A DNA stretch of 64,000 nucleotides from a bacterium CG10_46_32 (GTDB taxonomy: Bacteria; Patescibacteriota; Patescibacteriia; UBA2169). This document shows, in pieces, positions 27,279 to 36,488 of the stretch. Location: the NCBI GenBank assembly GCA_001889965.1, contig MOEI01000006.1:17494-81493 (forward strand). The letters are read 5' to 3'. The notes below the pieces were generated by a model, which saw nothing but the letters and a program-made list of their open reading frames with translations, was not told the origin of the DNA and did not search any database. The translations under genes and the position numbers were made by a program. Position 1 is the stretch's first letter, and each line of letters begins with the position of its first letter.

Positions 27279-28393
27279 GAGTGTGTAAAAAATGCATTCA
27301 GCCGGACACCAGGCCAGGCATACGGTTCGATGAAAAAGGTGTTTGTCCGCCCTGTCGTTTTTCTGAAGTGCACGAAAAAATTAATTGGAAAAAACGACGC
27401 ACAGAACTTGAAAAACTTGCGGATTTTGGCAGGAGCCAGAATGTCTCGGGTTATGATTGTATTGTATCGGTCAGTGGAGGAAAAGACAGCATGCGGCAGG
27501 CTCTGTATATACGTGATGAATTAAGAATGAAGCCGTTGCTAGTATCATGCGCCTATCCTCCTGAGCATGTAACTGAACGGGGCGTGTATAATCTTGCGAA
27601 CCTTATTGAGATTGGTTTTGACTGCATTACCGCGACTCCAAATCCGCAGGCGTGGAAACAAATGGTAAAGGCTGGATTTTATCAGCATGGCAACCTTTTA
27701 AAATCATGTGAAATGGCTCTGTATATTACCGCGCCGAAAGTTGCCATTGCGTATCATATTCCTTTGATTTGTTTGGGCGAGAACCCCGCAATCACTATCG
27801 GCGCTTTAGAGGTTGGTTCCGTAACCGGAGACGCTAACCGCATGAAGCGTTCCAATACTTTGGCGGGCGGCCCGGAATCCGTCAAAACAAAAGACATTAC
27901 TGAACGCGATTTGTATTGGTACCACTACCCTAGTGACGACGAAATGTCCTGGGCGGGCATGAAGATTTTTTATCTTGGATATTATGTTAAGGATTTTAAT
28001 AAATTTAAAAATGCCTCTTTTTCAATCAAGCATGGGCTGGAAGTGCGTAAGGACACGCCGGCGAATACGGGCAACTATTATAATTTTGAATCCCTTGATA
28101 ATGACTTTTCTTTAATCAACCAGATGCTTAAATATTTCAAATATGGGTTTGGCCGAATTACGGATCAACTTTCCGAAGCAATTCGGCTTGGTATGATGAC
28201 CCGAGATCGAGCCATTGTAATCGCAAAAAGATACGATGGTGCATGTTCGGATGTATATATTAAACGTTTCTGCAAGTACATAGGCATTACTCAGAAAGAA
28301 TTTTGGCGGGTCGCTGATTTGTATCGGAATCGCGAGATTTGGGAAAAAGACAAAAAAGGCGCCTGGCATATTAAGCCCGCATATCAGTTATGA
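27275..28393 (+). CDS. N-acetyl sugar amidotransferase (WbpG/WbuX/PseA-like) 1
   Basis: CKKC..PDTRP..CPPC, PP-loop YDCIVSVSGGKDS, KYGFGR. Confidence 0.88.
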   Translation: MRVCKKCIQPDTRPGIRFDEKGVCPPCRFSEVHEKINWKKRRTELEKLADFGRSQNVSGYDCIVSVSGGKDSMRQALYIRDELRMKPLLVSCAYPPEHVTERGVYNLANLIEIGFDCITATPNPQAWKQMVKAGFYQHGNLLKSCEMALYITAPKVAIAYHIPLICLGENPAITIGALEVGSVTGDANRMKRSNTLAGGPESVKTKDITERDLYWYHYPSDDEMSWAGMKIFYLGYYVKDFNKFKNASFSIKHGLEVRKDTPANTGNYYNFESLDNDFSLINQMLKYFKYGFGRITDQLSEAIRLGMMTRDRAIVIAKRYDGACSDVYIKRFCKYIGITQKEFWRVADLYRNREIWEKDKKGAWHIKPAYQL

Positions 28394-29013
28394 AGAATAC
28401 AATTGTTATAATTGATTACGGAGTCGGCAATGTTCGTTCTGTAAAAAATGCACTTTCGTCTTTGGGGTATACTACTGTAATTTCGCAAGAAAAACGGGAT
28501 ATACAGGGGGCGGCATGTGTAGTGTTGCCGGGAGTCGGGGCATTTGCAGAAGGAATGAAAAATTTAAAAGCGTTGGGCCTTTTGCCTATTTTACATGATG
28601 CGGCTATAAAAAATAAAAAGCCTTTTTTGGGGATTTGCCTGGGCATGCAGCTTTTGGCTGAATCGTCGGAAGAGGGTGGGGTGCATGCCGGCCTCGGATA
28701 TATTCCCGGGCACGTGGTTCGGTTTCCAGAAAAGAAAACGCCTCGAATTCCGCATGTAGGCTGGAATACGGTTTCCGTATCAAAAACATACCCCTTGTTT
28801 GGAGATTTTGAAGCAGGAGCGCATTATTATTTTGATCACAGTTTTTATTTTAACGCGCCTAAAAAACATGTCTTGGCAACGTGCGAGTACGGAATCCAAT
28901 TTCCCGCCGCGGTTGGATTTGGCAATATTTACGGCGTGCAGTTCCATCCAGAGAAAAGTCAAGCAAACGGATTAAAGCTGTTTAGAAGTTTTTTTAAGAG
29001 CCACAACCTTTAA
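28390..29013 (+). CDS. hisH: HisH-like glutamine amidotransferase (WbuY-type, glycan-associated)
   Basis: IDYGVGN, LPGVGAF, GICLGMQ, PHVGWN, QFHPEKS. Confidence 0.9.
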   Translation: MKNTIVIIDYGVGNVRSVKNALSSLGYTTVISQEKRDIQGAACVVLPGVGAFAEGMKNLKALGLLPILHDAAIKNKKPFLGICLGMQLLAESSEEGGVHAGLGYIPGHVVRFPEKKTPRIPHVGWNTVSVSKTYPLFGDFEAGAHYYFDHSFYFNAPKKHVLATCEYGIQFPAAVGFGNIYGVQFHPEKSQANGLKLFRSFFKSHNL

Positions 29014-29017
29014 CCAT

Positions 29018-29887
29018 ATGCTTAAGAAAAGGATAATCGCATGCATGACCGTAAAAGACAACATAGTTGTCCAGAGTATTGGTTTTAAGCAATACTTGCC
29101 GGTTGGAAGACTTGCGGTAGCAATTGAATTCTTAAGCCAGTGGGGAATTGACGAAATTGCGATTCTGGATATTTCTGCCACGGCTGAAAAACGCGGTCCA
29201 AATTTCAAACTAATTGCCCAGGCCGCGAAAAAGTGTTTCACGCCTTTGGCCGTGGGTGGCGGCATTAGGGATATTGCTGACATGAGAAAATTGAACCAAT
29301 TAGGCGCGGAAAAAATTATTATAAATAATTTGGCTTTGAGTCAGGGCGAAATTATTAAAAAAGCTGCAGAGATTTTTGGCAGCCAATTTATAGTGGTTTC
29401 CATTGACGCAAAAAAAGTCGGCGGAACATATGAAGTATTTTCTGATGGCGGGCAAAAGCCAATCGGGCTGGAGGTTGGGGTTTTTGCTAGAAAAGTTGAA
29501 CAACTAGGCGCGGGCGAGATATTTTTGAATTCTATTGATCAAGATGGATCAAAAAAAGGCTTTGACTTGAGGCTCATTGATGCAGTTGTTTCCAAGGTTA
29601 CTGTTCCGGTTATAGCGTGTGGAGGCGCGGGCGAGCCTGATCATTTTAGGGAGGCGATCATCAAAACAAAAGCGTCCGCAATTGCGGCTGGAAACTTTTT
29701 TCATTTTACCGAACACAGCCCCATTGTGCTGAAATCGTTTTTAAAAAGTACGCGCGTTCCCGTGCGTCTCGAAACATATGCGCAGTACAATGACGCAACA
29801 TTCGACAGAAGCGGCCGGCTTCAGAAGCGGCCGGAGCAGTATTTGAATACGTTACGATTTACTTATTTGCCAGAGGAGATTATATGA
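29018..29887 (+). CDS. hisF: HisF-like cyclase (WbuZ/AglZ-type, glycan-associated)
   Basis: MLKKRII, PLAVGGGI, FGSQFIVVSID, GAGEIFLNSIDQDG, PVIACGGAG. Confidence 0.88.
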   Translation: MLKKRIIACMTVKDNIVVQSIGFKQYLPVGRLAVAIEFLSQWGIDEIAILDISATAEKRGPNFKLIAQAAKKCFTPLAVGGGIRDIADMRKLNQLGAEKIIINNLALSQGEIIKKAAEIFGSQFIVVSIDAKKVGGTYEVFSDGGQKPIGLEVGVFARKVEQLGAGEIFLNSIDQDGSKKGFDLRLIDAVVSKVTVPVIACGGAGEPDHFREAIIKTKASAIAAGNFFHFTEHSPIVLKSFLKSTRVPVRLETYAQYNDATFDRSGRLQKRPEQYLNTLRFTYLPEEII

Positions 29888-31140
29888 GATATTGTACTCG
29901 ATGTTTATATCCAGAAAATCATCCGCTCAATATTACATTTGACGAGCATGGCGTGTGCAGTGGCTGCCACGTGCACGAAGAAAAAGATAAGCTCAACTGG
30001 AAGCAGCGGTCAAAAAAACTGGGTGATATTTTGTACAGTTATACTACAAAATCAGGCAAAAGCTACGATTGCATTATTCCAGTTTCAGGTGCGCGCGATT
30101 CTTATTTTATTGTTCATACCATTAAGAATGTATATAAAAAAAATCCATTGCTTGTCACCTATAATAAACAATACAACACTGCTCTGGGTATCAGGAATTT
30201 GGCCTATTTAAAAACGCTTTTTGGGTGCGACATGCTCACGCTCACCGTAAACCCTGATGCTGTGAAAAAAATCACCAGGCGCACGCTACAAAAAATGGGC
30301 AGCATGTACTGGCATTGCCTGGCCGGCACTACGGCGTATCCTGTGCAGACTGCAGTTCGGTTTAAAATTCCCCTTATTATATGGGGAGCGCATCAGGGGT
30401 GCGATCAGGTTGGCATGTTTTCGCATATGGATGAGGTGGAAATGACGCACAAGTACCGTAAAGACCATGATCTTATGGGATATGAGGCTGAAGATTTGAT
30501 TGGCGGCGGCGTCACCAAAGAAGATGTGCGGCCGTTTGTGTACCCTTCGGATAAAGAAATCGAAAAGGTCGGAGTGCGCGGCATCTATCTTTCCAACTAT
30601 ATCCGCTGGGATTCTAAAAAACAGCACGAAGACATGATAGCGCAGTACGGTTACGAAACAGCCTACCAAGAGAGAACGTTTGATACATATAATGACGTGG
30701 ATTGCTTTAACTATTCCAGTGTGCATGATTATATTAAATTTTTAAAGCACGGTTATGGAAAAGTTACTGATCATGCATCCAGGGAAATCCGTCTCAAGCG
30801 TCTTACGCGCGAGCAGGGGATTGATTTGGTCAAAAAGTATCAGAACCTGAAGCCAAGTAAAAAATCGTTATCCTTGTTTCTGAAATGGGTTGGTATGAAT
30901 AAAAAAGATTTTTATAAATCCATTGACGCATTTCGTTCTTCTGTGGTCTGGGAAAAGTCGGGAATGGCCTGGAAACTCAAGGATTCTATAGTGTGCCATG
31001 CTGGCGACGAAGGTGTTGATTCTGTCCGTCTGAGAAAGAAAGGTCGTTGTGAATTTAAATTGACCAAGCCCAAGAAAACATTAAAAGATGATACATATAC
31101 CCTGCTCGGCCGCGGCTGGGCAGATGATTGGAAACAGTAA
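29884..31140 (+). CDS. N-acetyl sugar amidotransferase 2
   Basis: CTRCLYP..CSGC, YDCIIPVSGARDS, KHGYGK. Confidence 0.87.
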   Translation: MRYCTRCLYPENHPLNITFDEHGVCSGCHVHEEKDKLNWKQRSKKLGDILYSYTTKSGKSYDCIIPVSGARDSYFIVHTIKNVYKKNPLLVTYNKQYNTALGIRNLAYLKTLFGCDMLTLTVNPDAVKKITRRTLQKMGSMYWHCLAGTTAYPVQTAVRFKIPLIIWGAHQGCDQVGMFSHMDEVEMTHKYRKDHDLMGYEAEDLIGGGVTKEDVRPFVYPSDKEIEKVGVRGIYLSNYIRWDSKKQHEDMIAQYGYETAYQERTFDTYNDVDCFNYSSVHDYIKFLKHGYGKVTDHASREIRLKRLTREQGIDLVKKYQNLKPSKKSLSLFLKWVGMNKKDFYKSIDAFRSSVVWEKSGMAWKLKDSIVCHAGDEGVDSVRLRKKGRCEFKLTKPKKTLKDDTYTLLGRGWADDWKQ

Positions 31141-31141
31141 T

Positions 31142-32053
31142 ATGAAAAAGATTCGCACAGCAATAATTGGATTAGGAAACATCGCTCATGGATATGACGA
31201 TATCGCGAGCGTAAAAAAACGGTTAACGTATCCGACACACGTAAGTGTGCTTAAGCAGGACAAGCGGTTTGTGCTTGTTGCGGCAAGCGATGCAAGCGCG
31301 CGCCAGAGAGATATTTTTAAGAAAAAAGTTTCCAAAGAAGTGGTGCTCTATGCTGATTATCGTGCCATGCTTAATAAAGAAAAGATCGATTTGATGGTTG
31401 TTGCAGTGCCGACTGATTTACACCTAAAAGTGTGTTCAGTGGCTCTTGCTGCAGGCATTAAGTATATACTTTGCGAAAAGCCTATGGTGAGCACTGTGGC
31501 TGAAGCTAAAAAGTTATTAGCACTCGTAAAGCGCTATGCTGGGCATATTATGGTTAACTATCAGCGATCATACAGTGCGGATACTCAAAAGTTTATGAGC
31601 GTTGTGGAGAAAAAAAAGCGCGGTCGGCTTGTGTTTGCAACGGTACAGTACTCGGGTGGAATTTTTAACACTGCCACGCACATGATTCATTTAGTGGAAA
31701 AAATGTTTGGCCCTATTCAAAAGATTTGTAGCATTGCTGCTTCTGTTTGCGAACAGCGGGATCCGAATATCAGTTTTACGGCATTTGGCCGCGGGTTTGA
31801 AATAGTATTTAAAGGAATTAATAATTCTGTCGGGCAAATTTTTGAAATTGATATGCAGTTTACCAAAAAGAACATTACGCTGCACGGAGATTTTTTTGCT
31901 CAGACCAGTATGCGGGATGTATACGAGAGTGCATATCAATTTATTACGCGGCGCAAAAAACCGGTTGCGGATATGTTTTCGTCTGTCCATGCGCTCGCGG
32001 TTGCCGAAAAAGCGCTTGCATCCGCAAAGAACGGTAAAACAATAATCATATGA
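31142..32053 (+). CDS. Gfo/Idh/MocA family oxidoreductase
   Basis: Start ATG 31142; IIGLGNIA, VAVPTDLH, CEKPM, VNYQR. Confidence 0.85.
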   Translation: MKKIRTAIIGLGNIAHGYDDIASVKKRLTYPTHVSVLKQDKRFVLVAASDASARQRDIFKKKVSKEVVLYADYRAMLNKEKIDLMVVAVPTDLHLKVCSVALAAGIKYILCEKPMVSTVAEAKKLLALVKRYAGHIMVNYQRSYSADTQKFMSVVEKKKRGRLVFATVQYSGGIFNTATHMIHLVEKMFGPIQKICSIAASVCEQRDPNISFTAFGRGFEIVFKGINNSVGQIFEIDMQFTKKNITLHGDFFAQTSMRDVYESAYQFITRRKKPVADMFSSVHALAVAEKALASAKNGKTIII

Positions 32054-33351
32054 CCACAATGCCTATGCTCGCAATAAAAGGAGGTGCTCCAGTGAGAACC
32101 AAGCTGTTCCCCGGCTATAATACCATTGGCCAAGAAGAAAAAGACGCAGTAAACCGCGTGTTAGATTCAGGTGTGCTTTCGCGCTATGTGGGTGCTGCTG
32201 GCCCGGATTTTAACGGCGGCACAGAAGTCCAGGCACTGGAAAAGGAATGGGCTGCGCATTTTGGGGTCAAGTATGCTATTGCGGTTAATTCTTGCACTAC
32301 GGGCCTCCAGGCGGCTGTGGGTGCATGCGGCATTGAGCCGGGGGACGAAGTGATTGTCTCACCCTACACCATGTCTGCTTCCGCGGTCGCACCGCTGTGG
32401 TATGGGGCGGTGCCCGTATTTGCGGATATTGAGGATGAGTATTTTTGCCTGGATCCGAAATCAGTGGCATCTAAAATCACCGAACGCACTAAGGCCATTA
32501 TTGTGGTTGATTTATTTGGGCAGTCCTATGACCGCGATGCAATAAATGCCATTGCTAAAAAGCATAATGTGCTCGTTATAGAGGATTGCGCGCAAGCGCC
32601 TGGGGCGGCATATAAAGATCAATACGCGGGCACGCTCGGCGATGTTGGCGTGTTTTCACTCAACTATCATAAGCATATCCATGCAGGCGAAGGCGGTATA
32701 GTGGTTACCAATAACGATGCTATTGCGGAGCGAGTGCGATTAATCCGCAACCATGCAGAATCAGTTGTTGCGGGCAAGGGGATTACCGATATTGCTAATA
32801 TGGTGGGCAGTAATTTTCGACTTACGGAGATTCAGGCAGCTATTGCGCGGGTTCAGTTATTATCGTTGCAAAAACTCACAGAGGAGCGCATCCGCAATGC
32901 GGGGTATCTTGCCGAAACATTGGGCGCTCTTCCTGGAATTCGTGCTGCATCGGTTCGCACAGGTGCCACGCATGTCTACTATACCCAGGCATTTTTGTAT
33001 GATGAAGATAAGGTTGGTGTTCCTCGCGACGCATTTATAGCTGCAGTGAAAGCAGAGCTTCCTGCGTGCGAGCTTCGGGAGCACGAGGGAGCTCTTATCA
33101 GTACTGGGTATGTAAAGCCTTTGTATATGTTGCCCTTATTTCAAAAAAAGATCGCTATTGGAAAGGCTGGGTATCCATTTAGTGGTTCGGAGAATTATCA
33201 AAAGGGCCTATGTCCGATTGCTGAGCGCATGCACGAAAAAGAATTAATCATTCACGAATTGATGCGGCCTGGCATGCACAAGGGAGATATGGATGATGTG
33301 GTTGCGGCATTTAAGAAAGTGTATGACCACCGAAAGGAGCTGGAGTCATGA
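32050..33351 (+). CDS. DegT/DnrJ/EryC1/StrS sugar aminotransferase
   Basis: NSCTTGL, IEDCAQAPG, FSLNYHKHIHAGEGG (PLP lysine), GSNFRLTE. Confidence 0.9.
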   Translation: MTTMPMLAIKGGAPVRTKLFPGYNTIGQEEKDAVNRVLDSGVLSRYVGAAGPDFNGGTEVQALEKEWAAHFGVKYAIAVNSCTTGLQAAVGACGIEPGDEVIVSPYTMSASAVAPLWYGAVPVFADIEDEYFCLDPKSVASKITERTKAIIVVDLFGQSYDRDAINAIAKKHNVLVIEDCAQAPGAAYKDQYAGTLGDVGVFSLNYHKHIHAGEGGIVVTNNDAIAERVRLIRNHAESVVAGKGITDIANMVGSNFRLTEIQAAIARVQLLSLQKLTEERIRNAGYLAETLGALPGIRAASVRTGATHVYYTQAFLYDEDKVGVPRDAFIAAVKAELPACELREHEGALISTGYVKPLYMLPLFQKKIAIGKAGYPFSGSENYQKGLCPIAERMHEKELIIHELMRPGMHKGDMDDVVAAFKKVYDHRKELES

Positions 33352-34265
33352 AAAAGTTACTAGTAATATGCCATGATGCCGGCGGGTCGGAGATTGTATC
33401 AGCTTTTATTAAAAAGAATATTTCGCGGTACCATGTTACGTGTTTTGTCGCAGGCCCTGGCGTAAAGATTTTTAAAGGTAAAGGACTTGGCAGGCATCTG
33501 GTGAGTAAGCAAAAAGCATGGATGGCGCTGCGTTCGACGGATATGGTGCTCACTGGCACCAGCTGGGGGTCAGACATTGAGCTTGAGTTTATTTGCGAAG
33601 CAAAAAAACATGGCATTAAAACGGCAAGCTACTTAGACCATTGGGTTAATTATCGAGAACGGTTTGGGTATCCTTCCAAGCAATGGCAACGTAATCTTCC
33701 GGATGAAATATGGACTGGAGATACCTATGCCTCCCGATTGGCTAAAATATTTTTCCCAAAAACACTGCATCGGTTCGTCATAAACCAATATTTTCAAGAA
33801 GTAAAGCGAGCATACAAGCACGGCGTGCGCCGCCAAAAACAGGGAGCGCACATACTGTTTTTAAGCCAGCCTATGTCTTTGGCAAATACAGCACTTAAGA
33901 AACAGCGTTCCGCGTTTGATGAGTATAGTGTTTTAGAAGAGTTATTTCGCGTATTAGAAGGATGCCGCATTCAAAGTAGTGTTATTATTCGGTACCACCC
34001 ATCGGAAAAGCAAGACAAATATAAAACATTGCTTACCCGTTACGGCAGTGTGCTCCAATTTAAAAAACAAAATAAGAGTTTGATGCAAGATTTTCGTGAA
34101 GCGCGCGTCGTGGTTGGTATGACAACTATGGGATTAGTGCTTGCTGTGTTGTGCGGAAAGCAGGCAATCAGTTTTATGCCCCATACTAAAGCACTGTGCC
34201 CAATTCCATTTAAAGAAATTTTAAAGATTCATAGCAGTAAAAAACTACATAACGCACTATGTTAA
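33348..34265 (+). CDS. GT-B-like protein of nonulosonate clusters, function unknown
   Basis: HDAGG, LDHWVNY, PDEIW, IRYHPSE, VVGMTTMGL; context upstream of a CMP-transferase and pseI. Confidence 0.6.
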   Translation: MKKLLVICHDAGGSEIVSAFIKKNISRYHVTCFVAGPGVKIFKGKGLGRHLVSKQKAWMALRSTDMVLTGTSWGSDIELEFICEAKKHGIKTASYLDHWVNYRERFGYPSKQWQRNLPDEIWTGDTYASRLAKIFFPKTLHRFVINQYFQEVKRAYKHGVRRQKQGAHILFLSQPMSLANTALKKQRSAFDEYSVLEELFRVLEGCRIQSSVIIRYHPSEKQDKYKTLLTRYGSVLQFKKQNKSLMQDFREARVVVGMTTMGLVLAVLCGKQAISFMPHTKALCPIPFKEILKIHSSKKLHNALC

Positions 34266-34954
34266 AAACTGGAGAACAGGTATTGGCTATTATTATCGCA
34301 CGCGGAGGCTCTAAATCCATTCCGCGGAAGAACGTGTTGTCATTGCATGGCAAGCCGCTGGTTGCGTGGCCTATTGATTTAGCAACATCGGTTGATCGTG
34401 TTGATCGTATTGTCGTTTCTACAGATGATGATGAAATTATGGATATTGCCAAGCAATATGGTGCAGAGGTTCCATTTAAGCGTCCTGCAAAACTCGCACA
34501 AGATGAAACAGAAACATTGCCGGTAGTGCAGCATTGCTTGAGTTATTTTTTTGAAAAAGAGCACTATAGGCCAGGCATTGTACTCCTTTTATATCCAACG
34601 GCTCCGTTTCTTAAAAAAGCGCGCATAGAGAAGGCTTTAGACTTATTTGAACAGAAGCAGTGTAATAGTGTCATGAGTATCGTTGAGGATTGGGGAAGGT
34701 TTTGGAGGCTAGATGAATTCTCTGGACGGTATGTTCCACTACATCCAGAGAAACGGGTTAATAGGCAGTATTATACACCCCTTTACCGTGAAGATGGCGC
34801 AGTGTATTTTAATCGATATGATGTTATTATGAAGAAAGGTGCTATTATCGATGAGGCGAATGTTGAGTTTTTGGTAATGGAAGAAGGAGAAAATATTGAT
34901 ATTGATGAGCCTCAAGATTTTAAGCAAGCTGAGCGTAAAAAAATTTCCTCATAG
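34259..34954 (+). CDS. CMP-nonulosonate synthetase (NeuA/PseF family) 1
   Basis: IIARGGSKSIPRKN, VVSTDD, PFKRP, PTAPF, DIDEPQD; adjacent to pseI so probably PseF. Confidence 0.9.
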   Translation: MLKTGEQVLAIIIARGGSKSIPRKNVLSLHGKPLVAWPIDLATSVDRVDRIVVSTDDDEIMDIAKQYGAEVPFKRPAKLAQDETETLPVVQHCLSYFFEKEHYRPGIVLLLYPTAPFLKKARIEKALDLFEQKQCNSVMSIVEDWGRFWRLDEFSGRYVPLHPEKRVNRQYYTPLYREDGAVYFNRYDVIMKKGAIIDEANVEFLVMEEGENIDIDEPQDFKQAERKKISS

Positions 34955-34955
34955 T

Positions 34956-36014
34956 ATGAAATATATTACCATTAGAACTCCAAAAGCAGTGCGAAAAATC
35001 GGTCCACACGAACCTGTATTTATTATTGCTGAGCTTTCTGGAAATCATAACCAATCTTACGCCAAGGCTGAAAAATTAATTGATGCAGCGGCCAAGGCGG
35101 GTGTTGATGCCATAAAATTACAAACATACACAGCAGATACGTTAACTATTGATTCGGATAAAAAATATTTTTGCATCACTTCTGGTAAATGGAAAGGGCA
35201 GACGCTTTATCAGTTATATCAAAAGGCATACACCCCATGGGAGTGGCAGCCAAGACTCAAAAAGTATGCAGAAAAAAAGGGTTTGGTTTTATTCTCGACT
35301 CCTTTTGATGTGAGTGCAGTTGATTTTTTGGAAAAAATGCGCGTGTCACTTTATAAAGTTTCGTCGTTTGAGATTGGGGATATTCCATTGCTTAAAAGAA
35401 TCGGAACAACAAAAAAACCTGTTATTATTTCTCGTGGTATGGCTTCGGTTTCAGAAATTACGCTTGCTGTTAAAGCGCTTAAGGCGAGCGGCGCACCTCA
35501 GGTGGCGGTGCTGCACTGCATAAGTTCGTACCCAGCAGAACCAGAAGAAATGAACCTTGCAACCATTCCGGATATTACAAAAAAATTCAATGTTATTTCG
35601 GGGCTTTCAGATCATACGATTGGAACGAGCAGCGCGATTGCAGGTGTTGCTTTAGGTGCATCAATTATCGAAAAGCATATTACTCTCAAGCGGTCTGATG
35701 GAGGTCCTGATGCAGCATTTTCTCTTGAACCTCAAGAGTACACAGAATTAGTTGCCGCAATTCGGGATACGGAAAAAGCCATAGGATTACCATCGTACCA
35801 AATCGGAAAAAAAGAATCTCAAAATTTCGCATTTAGAAAATCAATATTTGTAATTAAAGATATCCCAAAAGGTTCTTTGTTTACTAAAGAAAATATAAAA
35901 ATAATTCGCCCGGGCCAGGGATTGCCTCCAAAGTATTGGGAGCGTATTTTAGGAAAGCAATCCAAGAGGAGTATAAATCGAGGCACTCCGCTTAATAGGC
36001 GCGATGTGGGATAG
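34956..36014 (+). CDS. pseI: Pseudaminic acid synthase
   Basis: Start ATG 34956; IIAELSGNHN, KLQTYTADTLT, AYTPWEW, HCISSYP, SDHT, EKHITL, DAAFSLEP; C-terminal SAF domain IRPG. Confidence 0.88.
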   Translation: MKYITIRTPKAVRKIGPHEPVFIIAELSGNHNQSYAKAEKLIDAAAKAGVDAIKLQTYTADTLTIDSDKKYFCITSGKWKGQTLYQLYQKAYTPWEWQPRLKKYAEKKGLVLFSTPFDVSAVDFLEKMRVSLYKVSSFEIGDIPLLKRIGTTKKPVIISRGMASVSEITLAVKALKASGAPQVAVLHCISSYPAEPEEMNLATIPDITKKFNVISGLSDHTIGTSSAIAGVALGASIIEKHITLKRSDGGPDAAFSLEPQEYTELVAAIRDTEKAIGLPSYQIGKKESQNFAFRKSIFVIKDIPKGSLFTKENIKIIRPGQGLPPKYWERILGKQSKRSINRGTPLNRRDVG

Positions 36015-36487
36015 TGCGCATGCAATATACTCAGCAACACAGTACCATTCGTCCTATAATGCCAGAAGACGCTAAGCGTGTATGGGAAATTCGCAATCAC
36101 CCATCTGCTCGCTCGCATTCGGGAAATCCGGAGGCTATTTCTTATCAGCAGCATGCATCTTGGTTTGCAAATAAGTATTTTAGCGGCCTGGACAATACAG
36201 CGTTTGTGCTCGTCGTTGATGCGGGGCAGGTTGTTGGATATTGTCGGTTTGATTGCAATAAAGAACAGGGCGGTTATATTGTTTCTATTGCTATCGATTC
36301 TGATTTTCAGGGCAAAGGCTTTGGGCATGCATTATTGCGTGGCGCGTTGGATCAATATGCGCAGGGAAAAGTGATTTTTGCAGAAATTCAGAAAGATAAC
36401 ATTGCTTCTGTTCATTTGTTTAAAAAAAATGGATTTTCTATAGAAAGTGAAGATGAAAAAAAATATTATCTTTTGTTGAGAATGTAG
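36014..36487 (+). CDS. GNAT acetyltransferase (PseH-like)
   Basis: WEIRNHP, HASWF, FQGKGFG, NIASVHLF.KNGF. Confidence 0.8.
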   Translation: MRMQYTQQHSTIRPIMPEDAKRVWEIRNHPSARSHSGNPEAISYQQHASWFANKYFSGLDNTAFVLVVDAGQVVGYCRFDCNKEQGGYIVSIAIDSDFQGKGFGHALLRGALDQYAQGKVIFAEIQKDNIASVHLFKKNGFSIESEDEKKYYLLLRM

Positions 36488-36488
36488 T

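Noticed and set aside
28390-29887. hisH/hisF as histidine biosynthesis genes
   Set aside because: No other his genes are present and they are flanked by N-acetyl sugar amidotransferases, so they are the glycan-modifying paralogs
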